64,000 bases of DNA from Podarcis filfolensis. Its lineage: Eukaryota. Location of the stretch: the NCBI GenBank assembly GCA_964270895.1, contig OZ185445.1; one strand, given 5' to 3'. Below the pieces are notes generated by a model, which saw nothing but the letters and a program-made list of their open reading frames with translations, ran no database searches and was not told the origin of the DNA. A program made the translations under genes and the position numbers. This document shows, piece after piece, positions 1-9,856 of the stretch; positions within the stretch are counted from its first letter, which is position 1; every line of letters starts with the position of its first letter.

Positions 1-630
1 AGAAGGGGAAGAAATGGAGGCAGTGAGAGATTTTACTTTCTTGGGCTCCATGATCACTGCAGATGGTGACAGCAGCCACGAAATTAAAAGACGCCTGCTT
101 CTTGGGAGAAGGGCAATGACAGGCCTAGACAGCATCTTGAGAAGTAGAGACGTCACCTTGCCAACAAAGGTCCGTATAGTTAAAGCCATGGTTTTCCCAG
201 TAGTGATGTATGGAAGTGAGAGCTGGACCATAAAGAAGGCTGATCGCCGAAGAATTGATGCTTTTGAATTATGGTGCTGGAGAAGACTCTTGAGAGTCCC
301 ATGGACTGCAAGAAGATCAAATGCATCCATTCTTAATGAAATCAGCCCTGAGTGCTCACTGGAAGGACAGATCGTGAAGCTGAGGCTCCAGTACTTTGGC
401 CACCTCATGAGAAGAGAAGACTCCCTGGAAAAGACCCTGATGCTGGGAAAGATGGAGGGCACAAGGAGAAGGGGGCGACAGAGGATGAGATGGTTGGATA
501 GTGTTTTCGAGGTTACCAGCATGAGTTTGACTAAACTGCGGGAGGTAGTGGAGGACAGAGGTGCCTGGCGTGCTCTGGTCCATGGGGTCACGAAGAGTCG
601 GACACGACTAAACGACTAAACAACAACAAA
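1..630 (+). mobile_element. BovB (RTE-clade) LINE, 3' end (continues left of window), inside MAP1B intron 1 and antisense to the gene
   Basis: ORF 14-619 is the RT C-terminus (DVTLPTKVRIVKAMVFPVVMYGSESWT...RALVHGVTKSRTRLND), ending in the typical GACTAAAC-GACTAAAC-(CAA)n tail at 607-630. Confidence 0.93.
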
Positions 631-640
631 CTGTGCCTTA

Positions 641-990
641 GGGGACGCGGGTGGTGCTGTGGTCTAAGCCTAGGGCTTGCCGATCAGAAGGTTGGCAGTT
701 CAAATCCCCGCGACGGGGTGAGCTCCTGTTGCTCGGTCCCTGCTCCTCCCAATCTAGCAGTTCGAAAGCACATCAAAGTGCAAGTAGATAAATAGGTACC
801 GCCCCAGCGGGAAGGTAAACGGCGTTTCCGTGTGCTGCTCTGGTTTTGCCAGAAGCGGCTTAGTCATGCTGGCCACATGACCCGGAAGCTGTACACTGGC
901 TCCCTCGGCCAGTAAAGCGAGATGAGCGCGCAACCCCAGAGTCATCTGCGACTGGACTTTATGGTCAGGGGTACCTTTACCTTTACCTTT
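641..990 (+). mobile_element. Sauria SINE
   Basis: tRNA-like head GGGACGCGGGTGG..., B-box-like GTTCAAATCC, (ACCTTT)n tail; 13-bp TSD AAACTGTGCCTTA at 628-640 and 992-1004. Confidence 0.92.
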
Positions 991-1463
991 TAAACTGTGC
1001 CTTACACTTTAAGGTTAGAATAAAGCTGCAATCCTACACAGTTATGCATATAGCCCCATCAAAGTCAACAAAAGGATGAAAAACTTCACCAAGCAGATAG
1101 TTTTCAATGACATTTATTCTCAGTGCCATCCCTTGTATAAACTGTATACAGCCAGAGATTCAAAAGTAACAAAAAGAAACAGCAGTACTTTGTGACGGTT
1201 CTTTGTTCAATCCAGTACAGGAAAATACCAAAGAGAGGATGTTTTGACCCAGTTGCTTAGTGTAGAGATACAGATATGATGTCTGTTTTGAATCTGACCT
1301 TCATTTCCTTGCAGATTTTTACTGTTCTTTCATAGAGTATATTCAGAATTTGTTTAATGCAACATAATAGAACAGTGTTCATATTTCATGGTTTCCAGAT
1401 ATCACAAGCATTTCATTGTGAGCAACATTCAGTATCATTTGTCATGTGGTTAAGATTGAATTG

Positions 1464-1466
<3 letters not shown>

Positions 1467-1510
<44 letters not shown>
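1467..1510. repeat. (TA)n microsatellite, ~22 units
   Basis: Direct reading. Confidence 0.97.
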
Positions 1511-1513
<3 letters not shown>

Positions 1514-4500
1514 TTGTGGGGGTCATACTTGCATTGATCATTCATGATCAGACCACTTGGAGATGGGCCATCACAGCACAAAGCATTAGGTAGCCAAACT
1601 GAGTGATTTGCCTCCTTCTGTTTAAAAATAAACTCCAGCCATATATCATTTGTAGCTGCATATCATGCGGTATCGTTGAAGCAAACTGGGAATTGTGTGG
1701 ATCAAAGCCAGGACTATGTCTTGAAAATAAAACATCGTAACTTATTAACAATCCATTGCCAGTCATCCTCAATACAGCTCCATGATTCAGCAGTTCTGAC
1801 AGAAACATGACAGAAACACAACACAAAATTCACTAATACAGGGGAAATCTCGAAAAATATATATAGATAGTCTGCTGTTATTAATGTGAGTGACCAATGG
1901 AATTCCAATTGAGATCAAGTTGTTTTCTTCTGTGAGAAGAGAGTCAGGCCTTACAACAGACCCCCCTCCATTAGCAACCAGGGCACACCCACAAATCTTG
2001 AGTTTCGTACAGATCCTAGAGTCAGTCTTTTACATATTGAAAAAGGATAGCCAGTGAATTAAAACAAATAGCTTATGGAGATCATTAAATTATGCTGGAC
2101 AAAGTCCCTCTTGACAATATTTAGAACAAAAACCAAATCTTCATCCTCCAGATAATTCAGGATAAACCTTTAATAAGTCATCAGTACATGAAGTCTTCTC
2201 AGATTTCTCTGCAGTGAGTCTCATTAATCTCATTAATCCAGCATCTTCAAGGGTGGTGCCCAAGGCACAAAACTGAGAGCACAGGTAAGTTACCTGAAAT
2301 ACTGAGGCCCTTGTTGGGAATGCAGACTTCAAGTAAGAACTTAATATGTCCACTCATTAACTATATAATCAAGCTCCACAGAAAAAGAAAAATCTGCATT
2401 CTTCTCCAAACCAGGTTCAGCATAAAATCATTAATAAGAGAGACCCTGGATTTCTAAAAATAGCATGTATTGCTCTCAATTTCTAATCCAGCTTTTTGAA
2501 AGTAGGCATTGTTTCTAAGGAGCTACAACCAAACAATAAAGCAAGTGGGGGGGGGGGAATGGTGCAGGAACAGAACTTATTTCTTCTGGGGGAATGTGAG
2601 CAAGTTGGCGTCAGATGCCTTGAGAGCACGACACACATCCATTTACTATATCAATTATTAATAACTTTAAGTAAGTAACAGCTAGTTCGGGCTTAAGCTA
2701 AAACTTCAGATAAAGCTAAAAATAAAATAACCAGAGCAGTCTAAAACAAAGACTTTCGTTCTGAGCAAGTGTCAGATAAAGCAGGTCAATTTATAAAAAT
2801 AGCCACCAATGAAGGCAGCCCCATCTTCACTACAATGTGGATTTGAGAAAAGATGCACAAAGAAATTATGGATTCGAACCACTTGTAGGGAGTGAAGCAA
2901 CAATAGGAACCAACTGGAGCCCTCCATCTGCTGAACCACACCTATATAGCAAGAATGTAATCAAGGCACTGCCTAAGGGTTCTTTGAAAATGGCAGATTC
3001 CTGAAATCCCTTGTTCTCTCCCAGATAAAGCCAAAACCCACTAAAAATGAAATGCATTTGCTCAAAAACTTAATATTACTAAGGACTTGTATGAAACCTA
3101 TGAATACTGCCTTTTAACACTTGTGTATCATTTATCCCATTTGCAGTGCACAACTGCATCCCCCAGAATGACACAATGCAGAGCATTATATTTAAGATCA
3201 TCTATAAGAAATCCACTTGTTTCGGCTAGTATTCCAATGTGACTTTTATAAAATAAAAGTTAACAATACAGCTCTATAGCTGGGCAATGTCTGGAGCTGG
3301 GCAATGACAAGATTTAACAGGGAAAGTGCTCAATATTTTATAACCAGAGCTTCTGTCCTTTATTGTTACTGTTGTTTTTCTTGGGGGAAAGTCTTTCTGA
3401 AGTCTCAGTTTTGTTCTAAGGTTCCTGAAACAAACCCCAGAATACTTATGGCTTAAAGTTAGAAACAAAGGAAGATGCAGCAGCATCTCTTGTCAGGAAC
3501 TGCACCTTTTGCAGCACAAGAGATCTCCAAATCTTTTTTGCTTCAATTTGCAGGCAGCAAAACCTGTCTACTTTCCGATGCTTATTTAATGCATTTTTCT
3601 TTTTCTCCTTGACTGTGTAAACGCCCTTTGTCCGCTATGGGCTGCCATAGGGACCGCACTGCGGACTGCACCACGCCCACAAGCCGGTATCTCTGGGCAG
3701 ACTCCCCAGCAGCAGCACCAAGAGGCGAGAAAGAGAAAGCAAAGGAGGGACTGTTGCTGGCTCTGCAAAAGACCTGAACGACCTCTGCTCTGCCCAGCTA
3801 GTTGGGGAGGGTGTCTAATGACAATGCTGGGAGCGAGAAGGCGGAATGACTCACAGAAGGAAAAAGTGGCGCAAACTCAAGATCAACTGCTTTCAGAGGA
3901 TGGGAGGAGGGGGTGATATCCCCTTCCCACCTTCCTTGTGCCAGTTAGCACAGCTAAATGCAAAAAGCCAGAATTGCAGATCTTTGGAGCGGGGGATCAA
4001 AGAGCCTGTCTCCCCCCTACGCTGTTGCTGCTGCAGGATTCTCAAGAGCCATGAGCATCTCAAGGCACTGCTATCAAGTGAGACAGAGAGGGATTCACAC
4101 AACCTTGGATACCCACCCACCTGCCCAAGAAAGAAATCCCCACTGGATTCCTGCAATGCCTCCTTCTTACGTGTTCTGCAATACAGGAGCCGATTTAGAG
4201 ACTCTTGTTTGTTGAGTGCATATGTTGTACAAGCTTCCCCAACCACGACAGAGAAGGCGGTGGTGGTGGTGGGGAATCAACTTTTCTCTGACTGTGTTTC
4301 AGGGTTGTTGTTTTGTTGGTTTGCTGTCAAAGTCAGCTATGGTTAAAAACAAAGCCATTAATTATAAGGGAGCCATTTCTTCCACCTCGCCACCCCCCCT
4401 CCCCGCGCGCGCCACCTCCACCCAAGAACTGCAGCCAGCCAGTGGAGAAAACACACCCTTCCGCGATTCCAGCTGCAGCTTCTTTCATTCCATGCGCAAT

Positions 4501-4935
4501 GCAACTCCAAGAAGAGTCTGAAAGGGAGTCAGAAGAGGCTGGGTAGGAAACCGAGGCTGATGGAGATCGCTGCCAACTCTAGAGCCGCAGTTCTAGACGG
4601 AGGAGCCTCCTGGCCCCCTCCCACCACACACACACACACACAGGGGTGGGGGAGAGGAGAGGGAGTGGTTGCCTCAATTTTCCCTTTCTCGACCTTCTCT
4701 CTGTCTGGACCATGAAGTCAGCCCAGTGAAACCCCGCACCGGTTTCAACCTCAGACCACAATGAGCAGCAGCTCCGACGGGGAGGCGGCTGCGCCAAGGT
4801 TAGCTGCACAGTCAGGGGCTGCGATGGCGCAGAAACCTCCTCTCGCTGCGGGAGCCGGGACTTTTCGCGCCACGCAACCTGTAGGTCGCCTCTCCAGCCC
4901 TTTCGCTCCCCTCCCCACCCGACTGGCCGCCCCTG

Positions 4936-4957
4936 GAGAGAGAGAGAGAGAGAGAGA
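4936..4957. repeat. (GA)11 microsatellite in intron 1
   Basis: Direct reading. Confidence 0.95.
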
Positions 4958-5053
4958 CGGAGGGCGGCAGCTGAAGTATCTCTTCGCCTGGCTCCTGAGG
5001 GAGAGAGAGGGAGGGAGGGAGGGAAGGAGGGCTGCCTGGCGGCGCCGCCTTAC

Positions 5054-5231
5054 CTCGCTCGATATTGCCTATGGCTCTCCTCAGATGCTCCTCGGTGACC
5101 AGCTCGCCTATAACGACCAGGAGGTAGAATTTGCTGTCGAGAAAGCGGTGCGACAGGCTGGGCGAGGGGGGCACCGCGTTGGGGAGGCTACAAGACGGCT
5201 CCGTCTCCGCTTCCAGCACCACCGTCGCCAT
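5054..5231 (-). CDS. MAP1B: Microtubule-associated protein 1B, coding part of exon 1 (59 aa plus 1 nt, phase 1)
   Basis: MATVVLEAETEPSCSLPNAVPPSPSLSHRFLDSKFYLLVVIGELVTEEHLRRAIGNIER-G matches the vertebrate MAP1B N-terminus (SPSLSHRFLDSKFYLLVV.GE.VTEEHLRRAIGNIE). Strong Kozak context GCCAGGATGG. Similarity ends exactly at a GTAAG donor. Confidence 0.97.
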
Positions 5232-5440
5232 CCTGGCAAAGCCCCTCTCCTCCTCCTCCTCCTCCTCGCCTTTTCTCCCCTCAGGCAGCGGCGACGAGAG
5301 AGGAGAGGCGGCGGGACGAAAAGGCTTTTAGTTCCAAAGAGGCGCCTCCCTCCCTCCTTCCCTCGCGAGGGGCGGGAAAAAAACAGCCACAAAACCGCGC
5401 GCTCCAGAGGCACCACCGCGCTCCAGGCAGCCGGGCGAGT
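5232..5440 (-). other. MAP1B: MAP1B 5'UTR (predicted TSS ~5440), purine/G-rich, no upstream AUG
   Basis: Lies between the Inr and the ATG. Contains (GGA)6 at 5248-5265 and GGGAAGGAGGGAGGGAGG at 5345-5362 on the sense strand. TSS is inferred from TATA/Inr spacing. Confidence 0.7.
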
Positions 5441-5473
5441 GAGGGAGGGCGGGGAGGCGGCGGCGCTTTTATA
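5437..5473 (-). promoter_or_regulatory. MAP1B: MAP1B core promoter: TATA box (TATAAAA, 5473-5467), GC box (~5447-5457) and Inr (CTCACTC, +1 A at 5440)
   Basis: Consensus TATAAAA inside a GC-rich island, about 33 nt upstream of a YYANWYY match, in the gene's orientation. Confidence 0.78.
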
Positions 5474-5620
5474 CCGAGACAGTGCGGGGCTGGGACCTGG
5501 CGAGGAGGAGGAGGAGGAGGGAGGCGTCGGCGGAGGAGGAGGAGGAGGGGACCCGGCACAGCCACGCGCGCTGCCTTCCTCGCTTGCTGCTGCTGCTGCT
5601 TCGCCAGCATCCAGCCCAGG

Positions 5621-5636
5621 CAGCTGATGTCATCTG
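5621..5636. promoter_or_regulatory. CRE/ATF-like octamer TGATGTCA overlapped by two E-boxes (CAGCTG, CATCTG)
   Basis: CAGCTGATGTCATCTG about 150 bp upstream of the TATA box; motif match only. Confidence 0.45.
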
Positions 5637-6105
5637 CAGCAAATCATTCCCATCGCTGCCTCCGGAAGCAGAAAGGACGAGGTGGGCGAACAATGCCCGG
5701 GCGAGTAGACCGGGGGGCAAAGGAGGCCCGGCCTTGGCGGGCCCAGCCCTCGGGCTCCAGGGTCCCAAGGTGAACCTGCCCGTCACTTTCGACCCGAGCC
5801 GGTGTATTTGTTTGCTCCGAAGTGTCCAAGGAGGCTTGGAGCGCGCGCGGAGGCGATGGAGACCAAGACGCCCCGCAGTCAGGGCAAGGGAAGGCCAAGC
5901 CAGCAGGGGAGCCTTTTCTCCTTAGCGGACCCCGAAGAGAATAGGTCGGGGAAGAGGGTGCCTAAGGTCAGGCACGTGGTGTTGGATGTGCCAGGTGGCA
6001 GGCTGTTTTGGTTTTCCTTTGTAACCCAGGGACGTTACATTTGCACAGTGGAGAAAGTGGCTAGAGGTGTGTGTTCTTCTCCCTCCCTCTTTGATGATGC
6101 TAGAT

Positions 6106-6356
6106 CAGGGGTCAGCAAAGTTTTTCAGTCGTGGGCTGGTCCACCGTCCCTCAGACCATGTGGTGGGCCGGACTATATTTTTTGGGGGGGAAATGAATGA
6201 ATTCCTATGCCCCACAAATAACCCAGAGATGCATTTTAAATAAAAGCACACATTCTACTCATGTAAAAGCACGCAGATTCCTGGACCGTCCGCAGGCCAG
6301 ATTGAGAAGGCAATTAGGCTGCACCTGGCCCCCAGGCCTTAGGTTGCCTACCCCTG
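6106..6356. mobile_element. hAT-type MITE
   Basis: TIRs CAGGGGTCAGCAA...TTGCCTACCCCTG; degenerate 8-bp flanks TGCTAGAT/CGCTAAAG. A second, truncated copy is at 51050-51180. Confidence 0.8.
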
Positions 6357-6545
6357 CGCTAAAGCATCATTCAACAGGCATCTTTCAACAAAGCTGACTG
6401 GCGAAATATTCCCAAACTCACCCTTGCCACAGGCCACTGGAAAATTGCAGAGGGTCTTGATGGAACACTTAATGGTTTTCACACCTGTCTGTGCCAAATG
6501 GTGTATGGTCATTCGTTGTATATTTATTTTAAAAATTCCTTCTAG

Positions 6546-7070
6546 GCGGAAATGACTGGCAGAATCCGAGACCAGGTAGAAGAGTCGGTGGAGGAAGATT
6601 GGAAGAAATTCAAAGATTATCTACAGAAGCATTGTAAGATTAATGAATGTTAGAATGATGTTGGAATGAATTTATGTGATTTTAGCAGAAATGTTACAAA
6701 GATTTAGAAAAAACAGACTGTTAATTGGTGAAAGGAGGGAAAGTAAATTTATATTAATATCAAGATAAATTTACAGGACAAAAATTTGAAAAGAGGGAAA
6801 GGATTTGCTGAAATGGATAACTGACTTAGAATACAAAAAAGGGAGGTGTGAGGAGGTCAGGGAAATAAGCTAATGAAAGAAAACAAATGGGAAGATTTGC
6901 TGTATTTTTTCTTGATTTTTCTTTTTGTTTAATGGATTTTAATTCTTTGTTCTTTCTTTTTGATCTTTCTTTTTTCTTTTTTGTATTTCATCTTTTTTTG
7001 TTTAAAAGGATGTTTTTCTTGATTTTTCTTTTTGTACCTTTAAAAACTTTAATAAATATTTTATTTAAAA
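6546..7070 (+). mobile_element. L1-clade LINE, 5'-truncated 3' end
   Basis: End of ORF2 (..EEDWKKFKDYLQKHCKINEC*), T-rich 3'UTR, AATAAA and A-tail. 15-bp TSD AAAAATTCCTTCTAG at 6531-6545 and 7071-7085, at a TTTT/AAAA endonuclease site. Confidence 0.9.
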
Positions 7071-7156
7071 AAAAATTCCTTCTAGTAGCACCTTAGAGAC
7101 CAACTAAGTTTGTTACTGGTATGAGCTTTCGTTTGCATGTACACTTCTTCAGATAC
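7071..7156. mobile_element. Probable Penelope-like element terminal fragment
   Basis: TAGCACCTTAGAGACCAACTAAGTTTG...GAGCTTTCG...CACTTCTTCAGATAC resembles reptile PLE ends (recognition from memory). Confidence 0.45.
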
Positions 7157-7749
7157 TTATATTTATTGTTTCTTTTATTTTTTTAATATTTAATTCTATT
7201 GTATTGCAATTTGAATTCCGTAGCATACTATAGAATTGAAATGGTGCAGTTTCCCACAAAACATCCTGATGGACTTGTGGTCCATGAACCCCAGTTTGGA
7301 AACCTCTGGTTTAGACAAAAAGAGGTGCTTCTTCATTTAACCAACCGGGAGAGGGACTTTTCAGTAGTGGCACCCTGGTTACATAATAGCCTCTACAAGT
7401 AGGTTTGCATGGCAACATCTTTTGGGCACCAGGTGTTTCCCCAAGCCTATTAAATAACTGAGATATTCTGAGCCTCTCTGTTTAAAATATGTTTCTAATG
7501 AGCGGATGGGCAGCAAGTTCTGCTTTGCTGAATTTATGCAAATTTCATCCCTCCCTTTTTTTAAAAATAGTATTGTTTTATTATATATTTCAATTGTTTT
7601 TACATATTTTTTGTAAGGCTTCGAGATAGCTTCATGGTATGGAACATCATACAGATATAGTAAATAAATGAACAATTAACTTTTACCTACATCGCTTCTA
7701 TGAGTTTCAGCTGGTATGCCGGCCATGCCCTTTCCTGGACAGAGACAGC

Positions 7750-8300
7750 TTGACCCATATATTAGTAACCTCTAGACTGGATTGCTGCAGTGAACTCTGT
7801 GTGAGGCTCCTCTTAAGGTTGGTTCAGAAACTGCTGTTAGTGCAAAACGCAGTGGTCAGGATGCTCAGTGGTACATCCTACTGCACATTTATAGCATTTG
7901 TGTATTAGAGGTGTATCACTGGCTGCCTATTTGCTACCAAGTCAAGTATAAGATTCTGCTGCTAAGGTCCAGTCAATCTGAGTGATTACCTTCTTCTTTA
8001 CAATCCAGACTATTCACTGAGATCATCAGAGGAAGCTCTGTTAGTCATACTGCACCCATCAGAGATTTGTCTGATGGGAAATACTGTGCAATAGCCTTTC
8101 CCTAGATATATGTAGGCCCTTATGGTAATGGTGTTCAACCAGCTGGTTAAAACATACCTATTCGTGACAACATTCTCAAGCTTTGATTTTTTAGCACTGG
8201 CTCTATTACAGATATCAGATATCTGTAGTATTTGTGTGGTTTGTTTACTTTAGTACTGTATTGATTTTATGCTGTGAACTGCCTTGCTATGGAATGTAAA
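7750..8300 (+). mobile_element. Old degraded L2 LINE fragment
   Basis: Decayed RT C-terminal coding (LVTSRLDCCSELCVRLLLRLVQKLLLVQNAVVRML), similar to L2 LVxSRLDYCNxLYxGLP. Confidence 0.6.
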
Positions 8301-9467
8301 TATTCTAATATATTAAAAATGTAAGTTTATAGCACAATGCAATGATAAACAGGACATTAGAACAAACAAACCAATATAAAATAATCAAACTTGTCCAATA
8401 TCACATTAGAAGGGGAAAATACATGGGTGAACCATGCTTTCTCATTATACAATATAAATGCCAAACATATAGTATTGATTACAACAGCGGACTTGTCATT
8501 GACAACCTTCTTTAAACCTTGGAGACAGTCAGTGACATATTTAAATAAACAAAATCTGGAGTATTGAGATAAACTTCAGGATAACATACCTCTTTTTTAA
8601 AAAAAAAGGTGGATAGAAGGTGGTCTAGGTTTTTCTGGTGAGAAATAAATGAAGAGAGACTAGTCATTATAAAATTTATCTCTGGTAATGTCTCTGATTG
8701 CTCTGCAATGCTGTTCTACAAGTGCAACCTTATATGTTTGCCAGACCTTTAAAAATATTTTAGTTCCTGTGATACATTTTTAGCTCCAGTGATTTCTAAC
8801 TGTTTTTATCATTTGTATTGCATTTCATTGTGTTGATCTTTTTTTGTATTTGAGTTTTATGCTTGTATTTGGGTGTTTAAGGTTCACAGTGAGGTTTGTT
8901 AGTTTGTTGCACTTTTATGCCTTTTAATTGATTTTGTACAACAGCTAGAGATACAATGTGCAGCACAAGCACCGAAGTAACAATATAATCACAGTTTACC
9001 TTACATTTAAAGCTTCCAAATGTTACCAAGTTGATGTGGAACCAGACCACAGGGCTGCCATTTTTTTAATGTATACCATGATGCCTATTGTTACTGTATT
9101 TCCATTGCTGATGCTGCCTAGCTATCAGAGGTGGGCATAAGAACACAATAATAGCCTGCTGGACCAGGCCACTGGTCCATTCAATCCAGCAGCTTGTTCT
9201 CACAGTAGCCAACCAGATACCTGTGCGAAACCAGGTAGCAGAACATGAGCAAAAGAACACTCTCCCCTCCTATGGTGTCCAGCAACTAGCATTCAGAAGC
9301 ATTGCAATCTCCAACTCTGGTAGAACATAGCCATTGATAGCTCTTTCCTCCATGAATTTGCCTTGAATCCTCTTTAAAAACCATCCAAGTTAGTAGCCAT
9401 CCCTGCTTCCTTGGGGAATGAGTTCCATAGTTTGACTTTGTGCTGCGTGAGTAAGTACTTCCTTTTA

Positions 9468-9819
9468 GGTAAAGGTAAAGGGACCCCTGACCATTAGGTC
9501 CAGTCGTGACCGACTCTAGGGTTGCGGCGCTCATCTCACTTTATTGGCCAAGGGAGCCGGCGTACAGCTTCCGGGTCATGTGGCCAGCATGACTAAGCCA
9601 CTTCTGGTGAACCAGAGCAGCGCACAGAAACGTTTACCTTCCCGCTGGAGCGGTACCTATTTATCTACTTGCACTTTGATGTGCTTTTGAACTGCAAGGT
9701 TGGCAGGAGCAGGGACCAAGCAACAGGAGCTCACCCCGTCACGGGGATTCAAACCACCGACCTTCTGATCGGCAAGTCCTAGGCTCTGTGGTTTAACCCA
9801 CAGTGCCACCCGCATCCCA
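9468..9819 (-). mobile_element. Sauria SINE
   Basis: Full-length body with (AGGTAA)n tail; 12-bp TSD TACTTCCTTTTA at 9456-9467 and 9820-9831. Confidence 0.93.
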
Positions 9820-9856
9820 TACTTCCTTTTACCTATCCTAAATCTTCCAACATTCA

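Larger units (their letters stand above)
1..5053 (-). other. MAP1B: MAP1B intron 1 (5' part; continues past base 1)
   Basis: Minus-strand donor GAG|GTAAGG, with GT at 5053-5052. No exon-2-like coding sequence (IRSWDTNLIECNLDQELKLF) was found in 1-5053. Confidence 0.88.
4380..5960. promoter_or_regulatory. MAP1B: CpG island covering the MAP1B promoter, exon 1 and start of intron 1 (edges approximate)
   Basis: Sharp rise in GC and CpG density (e.g. CCCCGCGCGCGCC at ~4401, GAGCGCGCGCGG at ~5840) against a CpG-poor background. Confidence 0.85.

Noticed and set aside
3846-4546. Intronic ORFs (166 aa, 101 aa) and a possible internal promoter (TGACTCA at 3846, TATAAT-like ~4361)
   Set aside because: No recognisable protein, and isolated short motifs are expected by chance; cannot be supported without expression or conservation data.
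1-5053. MAP1B exon 2
   Set aside because: No minus-strand frame encodes IRSWDTNLIECNLDQELKLFVSRHS-like sequence; it is presumably beyond base 1.
4761-5627. 288-aa antisense ORF overlapping MAP1B exon 1 (and other long ORFs at 4800-5930)
   Set aside because: Low-complexity Ala/Arg/Gly/Glu translation of GC-rich island and repeat DNA, where stop codons are rare; no recognisable domain.
5560-5830. A second, distal TATA box (reported, as I recall, for the rodent Map1b promoter)
   Set aside because: No TATA-like hexamer on the minus strand 100-350 bp upstream; only forkhead-like TATTTGTTTG at ~5804-5813.
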